Program-made: the position numbers and the translations under genes
The notes under the pieces: model-generated
Seen by the model: the letters and a program-made list of their open reading frames with translations, nothing else
Databases searched by the model: none
Told to the model about the DNA's origin: nothing
Part shown: piece by piece, positions 1 through 13,588 of the stretch
Layout: every line of letters begins with the position of its first letter
How positions within the stretch are numbered: position 1 is the first letter of the stretch
Assembly: GCF_006345805.1 (NCBI RefSeq)
Contig: NC_042998.1
Span: 130,324,001-130,388,000 of the forward strand
Reading direction: 5' to 3'
DNA length: 64,000 nt
Source: Octopus sinensis
Taxonomy: Eukaryota

Positions 1-816
1 TAGCCGTATAAATTCCTTTATATACATATAGATATATGAATGTTTTAAGGGAAGAGAGAAAGAGAATAACTAAGTGTGATAATATTAAGGAATATTATCT
101 CAAATGAATAAAGCCTTACCTTCAATGGATACCGATGTAATTTTTTATGATTTGGTTCAAGTTAACATCCAATTATTTGCATTGCAAATGCAAATAAAAA
201 TCCTACACACTGAATCACTTCCGAAATTCTAAGCTGTGTAAAAAGAAAAACAACTTTTTTCTGAAAATATGCACCTTGTAAAATGTTTTAGCATAATGCA
301 CTGGAGTTACATGCTTTTAATTACATCCTATTTCACTGCAACGAGACTGCATCCAAATACAATTTTTATTTTGAAGATGTGCCTCAAATTTCCGTTCAAC
401 GCTGTGACCCACAGAATAAAGCGGAGTGTGGAACTCTGATAACAATATTCTAGATTATTATGTAGTCATTGCTTTGTGGCTTAGAAACGTTGCAATTATT
501 TTATGTACGACATTAAATCTCAGATAACTACTATATACGCAGCCAATTCATAAGAACGTAACGTTTGGCTGATGTAAACACCGAATATGCGTATATATAT
601 ATATATATATATAATATAAATTAGAGATAAAACAATTATTATGCAACTCAAACATTGATAGACATAAACCAACACATAAATAACAAATAATAAATATTTT
701 TATAAAACATATAACTTATAACTAGATCTCAAAAAGTATAAAAATGAATGATCAATATGTAACATATTAATTATTAATTAATTAATTAATTATAATATAT
801 TAGTTAATTATACTCC

Positions 817-990
817 CTTGACTGGAACCCAGAGGAGAAGGGAAAAGAGGGGCGACCAAAACAGTCTTAGTACAGCAGTGTTAACGTAGAGGTGAGGGCA
901 GCTGGATTGACGTGGGCCGAGCTGAAGACAATCCTTCAGAAGCGCGACCGTTTAAAAAATGCTGTTCCCCGAGGAATCAAGAGGCTTAAG
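817..990 (+). mobile_element. RTE-clade LINE 3' end fragment (decayed)
   Basis: Manual translation LDWNPEEKGKEGRPKQS*YSSVNVEVRAAGLTWAELKTILQKR resembles the RTE ORF C-terminus (ALDWNP.G.R.RGRPK.TW...GLTW.E); one in-frame stop. Confidence 0.7.
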
Positions 991-1178
991 AGGAAGCTCA
1001 AGATCTCTTCCCAGGAACTGTAGTCACTACGTCATGATTGTGAGCCCGACCGTCTAATCAGTGAGCTATAAATATGTTTATATATGCATACACACATTTA
1101 CATATAAATACACATAGATATGCTTACATATGGTGTTCCAGCATGACTGCAGTCAAATGAATGAAGCAAATAAAAGAA

Positions 1179-1368
<190 letters not shown>

Positions 1369-1409
1369 GCAGGCAAGCCCGTTACAAGGCGACTGAACTG
1401 GGCTGTGGA

Positions 1410-1650
1410 GACTAACGTTACTGATGCGGCAAAGCAAAGGGAAAGGCCAAAAATTCCATTGCTGAAGTTGCAGGGAATACCAGTAGGTCACTTCGGTTAG
1501 AAAGTGCTGACCAGTGTTTTGCTCTCACTGGGATGCAAGCTGGCACTTGATGAACCAATTCTGTTTTCATTGGGTGAGGGTAGATTCTGCTGAAAGTACC
1601 TAAAGAAGCCGACGCCCCAGAACATCACTGGTGATGCACCTTAGAGCATC
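1410..1650 (+). mobile_element. HERO-like (RLE-type) non-LTR retrotransposon 3' end relic
   Basis: Translation KAKNSIAEVAGNTSRSLRLESAD...GMQAGT* and following tgggtgagggt...gaaag...ccccagaacatcactggtgatg resemble HERO ORF end and 3' UTR as I recall them. Confidence 0.5.
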
Positions 1651-2268
1651 CCTGAGGTGAATCTTGGAACAGAAAAGAAACATTGATACGCTATAATGAT
1701 CGATATATTTGGTAGATTAGATAGATCTGTTTATTATATCAGTATTTGATAGTCTACTTTACGTTTGACTCTCCGGGTTATGGTGTTGACTGCATAGTAC
1801 TTTAGTACTTTGTACATTAGTACTTTGTTTCTTTCCTTTCCTTTATATTTATGCCAGCTTTGCCATTCCTCCCTTGCAGTTGCTATGCAATGTCTGAAAC
1901 GCTAAAAAAGATAAATAAAACAGGTGATCAACCTGTGCCTGTACGACCAAAGGAATATCGAAACACATTTGGTTAACTGCCGGGTTAAACACCTTCTACT
2001 ACTTGCTATTTGTTTACCATATATTCTCATTATAAATAGAGAAGATTCAGCTTTTGTTTTTCACCTCTATGTGCTCCATAAAATAAGTAACAGATGTATA
2101 AGTCAATTCAGTGGATAGTTAAATATAAGTGCTATATATAAGATGAAAGTAACTACAAGCTGTATAACATTCGTTTTAGTTGTGTAATATGTGTTGTGCT
2201 TGCATGTGACACCTATCTCGTAAGCATTTAGCATTTAAATTACTTTCAACCCTTTCTTTTATCTTTCT

Positions 2269-2270
<2 letters not shown>

Positions 2271-2302
<32 letters not shown>

Positions 2303-2303
2303 G

Positions 2304-2372
<69 letters not shown>

Positions 2373-2373
2373 C

Positions 2374-2420
<47 letters not shown>

Positions 2421-2421
2421 C

Positions 2422-2460
<39 letters not shown>

Positions 2461-2465
2461 CATCC

Positions 2466-2512
<47 letters not shown>

Positions 2513-2513
2513 C

Positions 2514-2595
<82 letters not shown>
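2271..2595. repeat. Compound microsatellite (TC)n-(TATC)n with TCCA variants
   Basis: Directly visible. Confidence 0.97.
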
Positions 2596-2895
2596 TTCTT
2601 TGTTGATACATGCACACCTAATACTGTTTCATACACAAGCATGCATATGTTTGTGTGACTGTGTAAATTATGTTTTGCATACTGTATAACTTCTTGAAAT
2701 TATTGATAAGTAATTAATCAAATAGCTAACTCGCACACACACACATACGCATATATAACTATGTGTGTGGTGGAAGAAATGATGGAAGGACGAGAGAGAG
2801 AGAGAGATAGAAGGAAAATTGGAGGTGGATACATACATATATGTATGCATGCATATATGGATACACACACACATATATATACAAGCAAACATATT

Positions 2896-2944
<49 letters not shown>

Positions 2945-3141
2945 AGGAAAGGAACAACTGTAAAATAGCATCACAAAGGCAGCACACAATCTGACAGTTG
3001 GTCATGTTTACAAGAGGTAATAGAGCAATTGAGAAGGATTGGCAAGGAAAAATACGATGGCGGCATGCTTGAAGAGAAATTAAAGAGATAAGATATCATT
3101 TGTTATAAAGAACGTAGAAAAGAGTGCTCACTATAAACCAC

Positions 3142-3144
<3 letters not shown>

Positions 3145-3231
<87 letters not shown>

Positions 3232-3493
3232 TAATATTAATAATAGTAATAATAATAGTAATAATAAACATAATAATAGTAATAATGAAGATGATGATAA
3301 TGATAATGATGATAATAATAATAATAATAATAATGATAACAGTGATAATAAGTAAAATAATAATAAAATAACAACACCAACAATAACCATAATAATCATA
3401 ATAATAATGATAATAATGATAATAATGATAATAATAATAATGATAATAATACCAACAATAACCATAATAATCATAATAATAATGATAATAATG

Positions 3494-3538
<45 letters not shown>

Positions 3539-3622
3539 TAATAATAATAATAATAATATAATGATAATAATAATGATAATAATAATGATAATAATAATAA
3601 TAATAATAATAATATAATAATA

Positions 3623-3685
<63 letters not shown>

Positions 3686-3705
3686 TAATAATAAATAAAT
3701 AAATG
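3145..3705. repeat. Long degenerate (TAA)n/(TGA)n microsatellite
   Basis: Directly visible; source of poly-I/L/Y ORFs. Confidence 0.95.
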
Positions 3706-4156
3706 AAATAAGGCAGACATCGAAGTGCAACAAAGAGAGAAACATAAGGAAGATTGAGTGGATGTTTAACTACGAAAAATGAAAAGTAGTATAAAGGACG
3801 GGAGAAAAGAGAGGGATAATGGCAAGAAGACAGAGGTGTAAAATCTTACATCGTCCGTTGTGAAGAGGGAGATAAAAGGGACACACTGGAATTTATAATT
3901 GCTTTTGACGTTTCCACTTTAAAGAAAGTGCAAAGCAGCTGATATTTGTTGGAGTCGTGTTTAGATGTGAACACACGTACGCTACGCTAATGAGCGCTAA
4001 CTTAGTTACGTGCAAATATACATATATGAGTACATATGAATTCATTGATAATTATTTTCGGTTAATTTATTCCGTACTAAAATATACCTCACTACTTATG
4101 TCAGGTAATGTGATTGTCAGCACACGCGCACGCACGCACGCACACACACACACAGA

Positions 4157-4200
<44 letters not shown>

Positions 4201-4202
4201 AC

Positions 4203-4408
4203 ATTCTTTTACTTGTTTCAGTCATTTGACTGTGGTTATATGTTGAAGCACCACATTTAGTCGAACAAATCGGGCCTAGGAATTATTCTTTGTAAGCCTA
4301 ATATTTATTCTATCGGTCTCTCTGCCGAGCCGCTGGCTTACGAAGACGTAAACGCACCAACCTCGCTTGTCATCGGATGGTGGAGAGACAGAGACACAAC
4401 ACAGATAC
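4203..4408 (-). mobile_element. Octopus-type SINE, 3' portion
   Basis: Homologous to 17081-17300 and to the reverse complement of 11460-11603 (ttttacttgtttcagtcatttgactg...tattctatcggtctc...ccgct). Confidence 0.8.
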
Positions 4409-4442
4409 ATACACATACATATATATATATTCTATGAATTCC

Positions 4443-4493
<51 letters not shown>

Positions 4494-4500
4494 CATTTAT

Positions 4501-4533
<33 letters not shown>

Positions 4534-4555
4534 ATATATATATATAAATAATATA

Positions 4556-4932
4556 TCTTTATATATAAAAGTAAGGTTGTGTGCTGTCTGTCTCCTACGA
4601 TTTAGATTCCTAAATACTCCCACATTTTGCGGTGCAGTTTAACCAAAACCGGGTATCTTTTAGTCGTGATTCATATCGAGCTATTAGCGCGCGTCTACGA
4701 TGAGTCTACGATAAAAAAAAAAATACCATCAATTTTTCCCATTTTTAATGCATATATAAGGGAAGTAACTCTCTAAAAGTTTATTAGTAAATCTCAGAAC
4801 GTAAAAAGCTACGGTAACACCACCCCCTTTGTGGTTAGCCATATTGAGATGGCTATTATACTTTACATCTCTAAAAATGCTTATATAGTTATTTCCCTTA
4901 CAAACCCGAGCAACGCCGGGCGATACTGCTAG
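4556..4932 (+). mobile_element. Non-autonomous Helitron (about 377 bp)
   Basis: 5' TC (tctttatatataaaag), 3' CTAG at 4929-4932, subterminal GC hairpin cccgagcaacgccggg at 4905-4920, inserted between A and T with no TSD. Confidence 0.85.
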
Positions 4933-5497
4933 TATATAAATAAAAGAGGCTGGCAACAGGTTGCTTAGCCACATACCGAAAAAATTAGAAATAGCAGTCA
5001 AAGACTGTTTATTTCTATTTTCTACAAATGAGACTCCACATACGACATATCCCTGTAATTCACATATGCAAAACAGAAGGAAGAAATAACGAAAACAAAG
5101 TCTAACGGTTATTTACGAACGCTTTTCTAGATTAGGAATATAATGAAATATCAAAACCTCCACTAAAATAGATTTATCATATGCTACTTACCTCTACTTC
5201 TCGATCAGGCGACATCGAAATTGTGGAAGAAAGCAAGCATTGGCCAAACCTATATAGACGATTGAATCCGTAAATTTTCCCACCAAAATTTTACCATGCG
5301 TATCACAAAAATAGTTCTTTAGAGATAGAAACTATAGGTTGTCGTAAGGGAGTGAAAATTCCAATTAGTCATATAATAAGAGTAAATAATAGCTTTAATG
5401 CTTTTTTTAAAAAAACCAACAATTATTTACTGGTAGATTTACTGGTAATTTCTATACATACATATATATATATATATATAATATAAATTTAAACTGA

Positions 5498-5547
<50 letters not shown>

Positions 5548-5587
5548 TGTGTGTGTGTGTGTGTGTATGTGTGTGTGTGTGTGTATG

Positions 5588-5988
5588 AATTAACAGAATG
5601 AGATGAAAAATCCAAGGCTGTGAATAGTTTTCATAACATTCATAAAGAGATATTACAGCTACTCCCGAGCTATTTTATATATCCCTTCATCAGATATGGT
5701 CTGGGAAAATGTTTAAGTAATAGTTATTATAGAGAGTGAGTACAGAGTGAAGTAGAGGCATGAAAACAGACTGCAAATATAATATCCTTACGTATCTCAC
5801 GTCTGATTTCATTCCCCCGCTTTTTTGCATTTGATATCTTCTGTATAATAACCATTACTTAAACATTCTCACACTGTCTCAGAATAAGGGATATATAAAA
5901 TATCCGGGAAACAGCTGTAAGACCTTCTCCTTATAAATGTTCTGAAAACTATTCACAGCCTTAGATTTTGTATCTCATACTGTTAATT
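5588..5988. mobile_element. Fold-back pair of PLE-type pLTRs, each with a decayed hammerhead
   Basis: About 150-bp inverted arms 5588-5735 and 5841-5988; minus arm keeps CTGATGA (5687-5693), plus arm keeps GAAA-CAGCTG-TA-AGAC; flanked by TA/TG microsatellites. Confidence 0.7.
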
Positions 5989-6139
5989 TTTATATATATG
6001 CACGCTATTACATGACCTACGTTGGACTTCTCATTCGTATCATTATCGAACCTGGAGCTTAACTATAGTCTGTCCATAGCACTTACTCAGCATTATCTGA
6101 CACCTTTGGGTTTTCTTGACACCAATGCCTCTCATACCC

Positions 6140-6246
<107 letters not shown>

Positions 6247-6270
6247 ATATATATTATATATATATATATA

Positions 6271-6432
6271 CGACGGTTTTCTTTCAGCTTCCGTCTACAA
6301 AATCCACTCACAAGGCTTTAGTCGATCCAAGGCTATAGTAGCAGACACTTGCCCAAGGTGTCATTCCGTGGGACTGAAACCGGAACCATGTGATTGGGAA
6401 TCAAGCTTCTTACCACGCAGCAACTCCTCTCC
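6271..6432 (-). mobile_element. tRNA-derived SINE, 5' portion
   Basis: Reverse complement has A-box-like gctgcgtggtaag, B-box-like gtttcagtccc and CORE-like ccttgggcaagtgtc; homologous to 17311-17399 and 32421-32550. Confidence 0.85.
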
Positions 6433-6548
6433 CTATATATATATATATAAATACACACGCATACATTTTTACATACGTATATGTAAATGAAAAAGACACA
6501 ATCCCAAAATTTCATTACAAATTAGCTTAGGACTAATTCTTCTTCTTC

Positions 6549-7578
6549 TGTGTGTGTGTGTGTGCGCGCGCGCTTACTTGTATGTGAAGAAGTGAATGAA
6601 AAAGTAATTTCTAAATGTTAGTTTGCATCAACTAGTAGATTCTTATGGCATTGCCAATATTATTTTTTGAAATGATAGACAAAAGTGTATCTACAATGTA
6701 TCGGGTCGGGGGAATGCCACTGCTGATTTTACTGGTCTTGACTGATTTCCGACGATTAGAATACGTCGAGATCTAAGTACAATAGATTACACAATCTCCG
6801 ATATTGGATAATTTCTTCAAGGGAACTCTGTAGGCGACTTCACCGAAAGCTTCAGGGAAGTCAAGGTAAATTACATCTGTGTTATAGTTTTCTCTCAGCG
6901 CATGCACTTTGTCATCAGTGTGATACAGGAACGATGTTGGGCAATCTCTGCTATCATGGAAAGCATGTTAATTGGAATCAAGAAGGCCTTTTGTCCCGGA
7001 GGGCTTTGTGATCACATAATTCTCCGTTGCACTTCAATGACGAGAAAGTTTAATGGGGCCGCGTGGTAATTTCACTGCGAGCAATTTAAAAACAGAGACG
7101 ATATGACTGGAGAAGCAATGTCTGAAAATAACACCAGAGTTCAGCGAATCCTTCCAGTATTTTGCAAGAGGATAGTCAAGTCATCGTCAGCACTCCTTCA
7201 TTATACATGCTGGGGAACTTATGAGAGCCCACTACTGAATAGGGATTAAGTTTGATAATCGTTGCAATAATGTCCGCAGTAGCGAAAGTTATTCAAAGGA
7301 GAATATGTCAAGGATTTGTTTCGTCAGTCTTGCCTGAGGTGGCAGTTTTCGACATTACTGAAGACAGCGCTGTGAAATCGTCGGAAATCAGTCAAGACCA
7401 GTAAAATCATCAGTGGCATTCTCGCCGATCCGATACCTTGTAGAGACACTTGTTTATCACTTAAAAAAATAATATTGCAAATGCCGTAAGAATGTAGTAA
7501 TTGATGCAAACTAACTTTTAGAAATTACTTTTTCACCCACTCCCTCACACACAAGCACGCGCGCGCGCACACACACAG
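6549..7578. repeat. About 210-bp inverted repeats (6549-6757 / 7376-7578) enclosing a LINE fragment
   Basis: Arms align as reverse complements, including the terminal (TG)n(CG)n / (CG)n(CA)n tracts. Confidence 0.85.
6760..7300 (-). pseudogene. CR1/L2-group LINE reverse transcriptase fragment
   Basis: Translation GLLDSN*HAFHDSRDCPTSFL...ENYNTDVIYLDFPEAFGEVAYRVPLKKLSNIG matches the QHGF...DVIYLDF.KAFD.V RT motifs. Confidence 0.75.
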
Positions 7579-9949
7579 AGTTCTATACCAAGTAAGCAAG
7601 GAAAATACCCAATATACTCAAGCAGAAAAGTGTTGAACATTACAAAACAGGGAAAATTCCAAATCAATAGTGGAAATCACGAGGCACTCTGTCACACAGG
7701 GTGAGATGAATATTCATAACCTGAATACATTTTCTTCCAATAACTTCCAATCCTCTTAAATACTGGCTAAAAAAAATAATGGAAAATGTATTAATAAATT
7801 ATAGAAGCATCTGAAGTGAATAAATAAATAAATATATACATATATACATGATAAATAAATATGTCGACCAATTCTTATGCCAGAATCTTTTAATAATAAC
7901 ACGATCTCCGCTGACTTAGAATTCTATACCTTCTCTAACCATGGTAAATAGTGTTTCAGAAATCGCAATCATTGACTGACGTGTACTGAAAACTGGCATT
8001 CCTATTCATTCTCCTGAGGTAATTTGAATAGCCTCGATTTGAGATAAAAGGCAATAATCTAAAGAAATCAATTCAGATATCGATTAATCGATGGTGATGT
8101 TAGTTGCACTCGGCAGCAGACGTATCAGAGCTATCATAATCAGTAGTCATAGCAAAGGCAACGATGTTAGCTATGTCATTATCATATATATTATATGATG
8201 ATCAAAGAATTATGTGCGTGTGGAAGTGGTGAAGCACCGGACGAAATGATTTTGAATTATTTTTATTACCTCCATTTAGGTTGCGAATTTAAATCCGGTT
8301 CCCGAAAGTGTGCATAGCATTATGTTATGGGAGTCAGGAAACGTGTACCTGTAACGTTTTTGGTTGCTTCAATAAAGAATCGCCATTTACTTAAGCTTGC
8401 TAATATATATATATATATTTTATTACAAAACATTACATTTTGGAGTCAGGTACGACTTGGCTTAGAAATACTGACTTATCGACACGTTATCACAGTCGCT
8501 TCGATGTTCTTGCAAACTAATGTATAACATAAATTTATTGGGATCATCAAAGCGTCTAGTTCTCAGTCTCCTACAAACTCATAATAATGATGGTGATACC
8601 AACAAACATCCTTTCCGAAATGAATTGCGCCTTTACTTCTGATGCGGATCTTCAATTAGTCTATAATTGAGCAGACGTGAAATAAGGCAGGATTATCTGT
8701 GTAGGTAGAGTTAAATTCACTCTTGCAAGCAGTTAAAATACTATAGGGAGATTCCAAAAGAAAGAAGAAAAACGGAAAGATGTAAAATACATTAAGTTAA
8801 AATAACTATATGGATAAATTGATCATATCAATGCTCACAAATACGAGCGCCTCCATAGGGTAATATGAAGATACTTACAGATCCAAGATTACTATAACCA
8901 ATAAAGTTCCCCCCATTCGAAACTGTTGTTCCCGATCTACAAGTGCATGATTAGAGTACGAACGTAGACTGTTACCATTTTCACCATAATCACCCACCTT
9001 TTGATATGAAAGGATAACTCGCTACACTTTCACCTTCCTTTCCGAGTAAAACTTGAAAAAGTCAATGAGGACTTGATAGGGAAGAAAGGTGACTTCTCTC
9101 AATACTCCAAGCTTTGCACAGGCCACCATACAACGCATTTCTCAAATTCATCTCCCCGCATGACAGAAAAAATAACTGCCAATGCATATATGCATACATA
9201 CAAAGAAAGCACAGTAAGGACGAAATATTCAATGCATAAAATCGAAAGATATTTTTAAAATATGTGAAATAATGATATGTAAATGAACAATATTCTATTG
9301 CTAATATCCTGCAAGAAAGTAGACCAGAATAAAAATTAACAATAGTGTAAAAACAGAAAATTGTAGTAGCTCCGATTTTTGTAGCGCAGATAACCTAGTC
9401 TCCAATGAACTACATGAGCCAATTGAAGCAACAAGAGTTAAATAACTAGAATAGACAATGCAATCGTTTAGCTGATAGAGTTGACCACATCATTTGTTAA
9501 TCTTTCTTATGTGAATGTCTAATAATCCAAAGACATGATCAAGTGGACAGCTATATCAACTGGGTAATAGGTCGACGATTTTACTTGAAAATTGAGGTGA
9601 GATATTCACACGTTACAAACAGGAAATATGAAGTATTTAGGACATACCCAACCAAAAAAGAAATCATATCTAGAGAAAGTCTATCTATAATAACAAAGTT
9701 CAAGAACTAAAATATCTTTTGAGATGTCGATTTTTTTCTTATTATAATACCTCCTGAAAGGAAACCATAAATCTATTAAATTACAAGGATATTGAAAGGG
9801 AAATATGTTTGGTGCGTGATTGTGAAAAAAAAAGACCAACATCAATAATAATTGAAGTACTAAGTGTACTCCAAGAAAAGAACATGAACTAAAACAAAAT
9901 ACGCAAAACACTGATAATCAATGAAAATAATAGCAATCTAAGAAAAAGC

Positions 9950-11280
9950 AAAGGCGCTCTACATGTCAAGGCCTGACCATATACGAATAGGCATAATGCG
10001 TCTTACGAGAATATATGTCTAATGTACATAAGTTAACTCCAATTGAAAGAAAAGCAGGCTATCGCAGTATACTCATATATACTGGAAAGAAAATTAACTT
10101 ACTCTAAAATTATCTCTGATCCCCAAATGTCAGCTTATTGAAGAATACACGTGCCTGGACAAAAATGATATTAAACATCAGAAAGACACTTACACAAATA
10201 CTACATAAGTGAATAGAACATGCAAAGGAGGAATGTATATTGAAAATGGGAAAAATGAATAAAAGTGAACAAATCAATTCAAAATGGAAATAAAATAATC
10301 ATTAAAATTGTTAAAGAATAAATATTGAAATATAATTCTGGAAGATAGACGAGCGTAAGCAAAAGATACAATGAAAATAATATAAACCCACAAATATAAA
10401 TACTGGCATCCCTACAGAAACACCTAGCAACAAAAGCAGAAGTGGGTATAAATACAATTAAATACGAGACAGATCTGAAGCTAGAAAGAAATTTTGAATA
10501 TGACAATAATCTAAAGATGGAAATATTCAAGAATTAACATCGATAGATCTTCTTATGAACAAACAGAAAAAACCCTGAAGAAGAATCTGAATGATAAAAT
10601 AGGAACAACAATAAACATGCCAACATATGTTAATAACAATACTGGAATAAACAAACTGTTCAATGTACATACAGCATCTGCTGTAGTGAGAAAAAAAGTG
10701 GGTACCTGTTAACATTTGTTATATAAGAATCTATAAACCCCTGCAAACTTTGTGGAAAAACAATATTCTGAGAAAGATATGATATCGGCAAGGAAAATAC
10801 ATTAATCAAGATAAACATACTACAATAATATGAATTACCCAAAACCAAATGACGTCTTAAGATATGAGAACTAGCTAAACCATAAAAAAAACACAGAACT
10901 TTATTAAAATCAAAAAGGCATTGAAAAAAAGAAGCCAGAAGACAAATAGTCATTAGAAACCAGTTGAAAATAATGAAATGTCAATAACAAAACGTAGAAT
11001 ACTTTTGAGGAAGGGAAAATACATTAGGATCTTATACAAAATTGTAAAAAAAGACAAAGAATGAAGTTCGACACCAGAACACTGTAAAAGGAAAACGAGC
11101 TAAGAAATAAACAATATTTCAGAAAATACATACAGCTTGAAAGCTCCTAGAATCGGAAGTACTCCAAATGACTGCAGATAAGTCATTTCCAAATGTATTC
11201 AATGATTTAAAGTAGAAAAGTCGTCTAATTGAAACATCAAACTGCATAATGCAAAAGATTTACAAAACCATAAATACCTT
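9950..11280 (+). mobile_element. Highly decayed LINE, AP-endonuclease region (CR1/L2-like)
   Basis: A-rich strand with remnants EYTCLDKND...NRTCKGGMYI and EQQ/INMPT...NN resembling APE motifs; many stops and frameshifts. Confidence 0.3.
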
Positions 11281-11283
11281 TAA

Positions 11284-11603
11284 AGGTGCTGTCGTGGCCG
11301 TGTGGTAAGAAGCTTGGGCAAGTGTCTTCCACTATAACCTCGGGCCTACCAAAACCTTGTAAATGGATTTAATGGACGGCAAATGAAAGAAGCCATATAT
11401 ATATATGTATGTATATATATATATATATATATGTATGTATATATCTATGTGTGTGTGTGTCTTCGTGTCTGTGTTTGTCCCTCCGTCACAGCTGTTATCA
11501 CAGCTTAATAACCAGTGATGTGCTTACATCTCCGTAACTGAGCGGTTAGGCAAAAACAAATTGATAGAATAAGTACTAGGCTTTAAAAATGTCCTGGGGT
11601 CTG
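11284..11603 (+). mobile_element. tRNA-derived SINE with internal microsatellite and B-box deletion
   Basis: gtggccgtgtggtaagaagcttg joined directly to ggcaagtgtc (cttg microhomology); 3' part matches the other SINE copies. Confidence 0.8.
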
Positions 11604-13375
11604 ACGACATATTTTACTATTTATTTTGCTAATCATGCGGCTGATTTAGATGGCAACAAATTTGCTAGTGTTGCTGCTTGAGCTAGCAGCAGAATTTGTG
11701 ACTTTCTCACTACCTACTCATGCAATAGGTGTGATTAGTTGTTGTGTTGGAGGCAATGTTTGTGTGTAGTACGAATGCTAGTGATTGAGAAATTACTGGC
11801 GGTGTTCTTGTTAATTTCAAGCTTTTGATGATCATGATCATGATCTTTGTCAAGGTGCTATTGTTTCCTTTTGGCGTATAGTTGTTATAATTACTATTAT
11901 TCTTACTGTACCCTGTCACAGTGGTGCCAATGATGTTACATTTTGAACCTTGGTCATTCAAACGCGGCGAGTCTCTATTAATGAGAATGAGTGAAATAGG
12001 GGACATTTTGAATAACAAAATCCATTTTCATTTCAGAATCACCTCTCTCTACCTCCTCCCGTTGACTAGTTGGCAATTCTTTAGAACTAGATTTAAATTA
12101 TTATTTTTTCCAAAACAATATTTTACAAATTATTTTTTCAATTTTATATGTAAGATACAAGGAACGAACTAGCAGTTTCAGGAACAGGAACTAGGTTGAC
12201 TTAATCAAATGTACAACAAAAACAGATTCACTTAGATAATATTTTCAAAGGCAAACAACAGTTATTATTTTAAATTAAAGGACAGAAGAATAACTCGCCT
12301 TAGAAGGTGAAAGTATAACGGTCCTTTCTATTTCATGTTGCTTATCATTTTGTTCTACATGCTAACGATTCTGCCGAAATTATCACCGATAGCTGTTAGA
12401 CATTTGCAGTAGATACACCGTATGAATATCCCTATTTTTACAACATTGACGACAGTCCTATTGGGGCTGATACACTCTGCGCCCTGTTACATAGGGGAAC
12501 TTTAGGATACTTGAATTGAGGAGAAAAACAAAATTTATTCTAGCACAAATACATAGAAATGGTGATTGTGAACCTTTGGTCATGAATCCCCAAATAATTC
12601 TAATCATGCTTGTTATATTTGGATATTATGAGTTAAAACTAAAGAATTAACCCAGAAAGTCTTTCAGCATTCGAAAGCAACTACATAGATAAAACTGCAT
12701 TGCCTGAAGCAGTATATATGGTATGGAAAATATCAATATCATTAATCTGAACTACTCCCTTAATCTCACGAGCATTCAGAAATATTATGTGATTATATGT
12801 TCATAGGCTTAGTAGTTTTTAAGAGGAGAGCATTCCCAATGATAAGAGAGATATTAATTGTGTTTGTCGATGGTTGAATACTAAATAAAAATGCGGTATG
12901 GTATATATTTGAGTCACATTTTTTTACTGAGTTCATTTCCTGTCAAAGTTGGGTGAAAAATAATTAATGGTCAATCCACATTAAGAGAAGAATAAAAAGA
13001 AAATAATGACGAGTGAGAAGAAGTAAAACTTCAATTATTCATTCATGCCCTCTTTCTATGCTATTTTCTCAAAGTCATATTTGATCAAGAACTCTTAACA
13101 TCAAAGACATTACATCCCTCCTATGATTTGAATTTAGGTAGCTAGGTCTTCATTATCCAATATATCTCCTGCTATTGTTTTTAAACGAGGCGGTGTGATT
13201 AGAGGGAAATCGGCTGCTATTTCAAATGAGTGGAACGACTACATACAATCTCTTTAATTTGAAGCATTTTCCTGTCTGTTGTTTAGTGGAGCGGATTACT
13301 CAGATTATAGGCACACTTTCAATGAAATGTCATTAACTTTTGTTGACATTATTTATCCTTATATGAAACATGTGT

Positions 13376-13588
13376 AGGGCGGCGAGCTGCCAGAACTTGT
13401 ACTCCGGACAAGAAACTTTGCAGCATTTCATCTGTCTTTACGTTTTGACTTCGCATCCCACTGAGGTCGACATTGCCTTTCATCCTTTAAGAGCCTCTAA
13501 ACTAAGTACCAGTCGAGCACTGAGGTTGATGTCAACGATTTCACCCTCTCCTCAAAAACTAACGGTTCTGAGCTAGATTTTGAAACCG
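13376..13588 (+). mobile_element. SINE (family of 35488-35709), older copy
   Basis: ggcggcgagctg...gaggtcgacattgcctttcatcct...aagtaccagt shared with the 35488 copy. Confidence 0.8.

Noticed and set aside
615-800. Possible truncated PLE pLTR end next to (TA)n
   Set aside because: Only a vague resemblance from memory; no hammerhead and no second copy in the window
8635-8700. CTGATGC...GAAA with an internal hairpin
   Set aside because: Core mismatch and no stem I pairing
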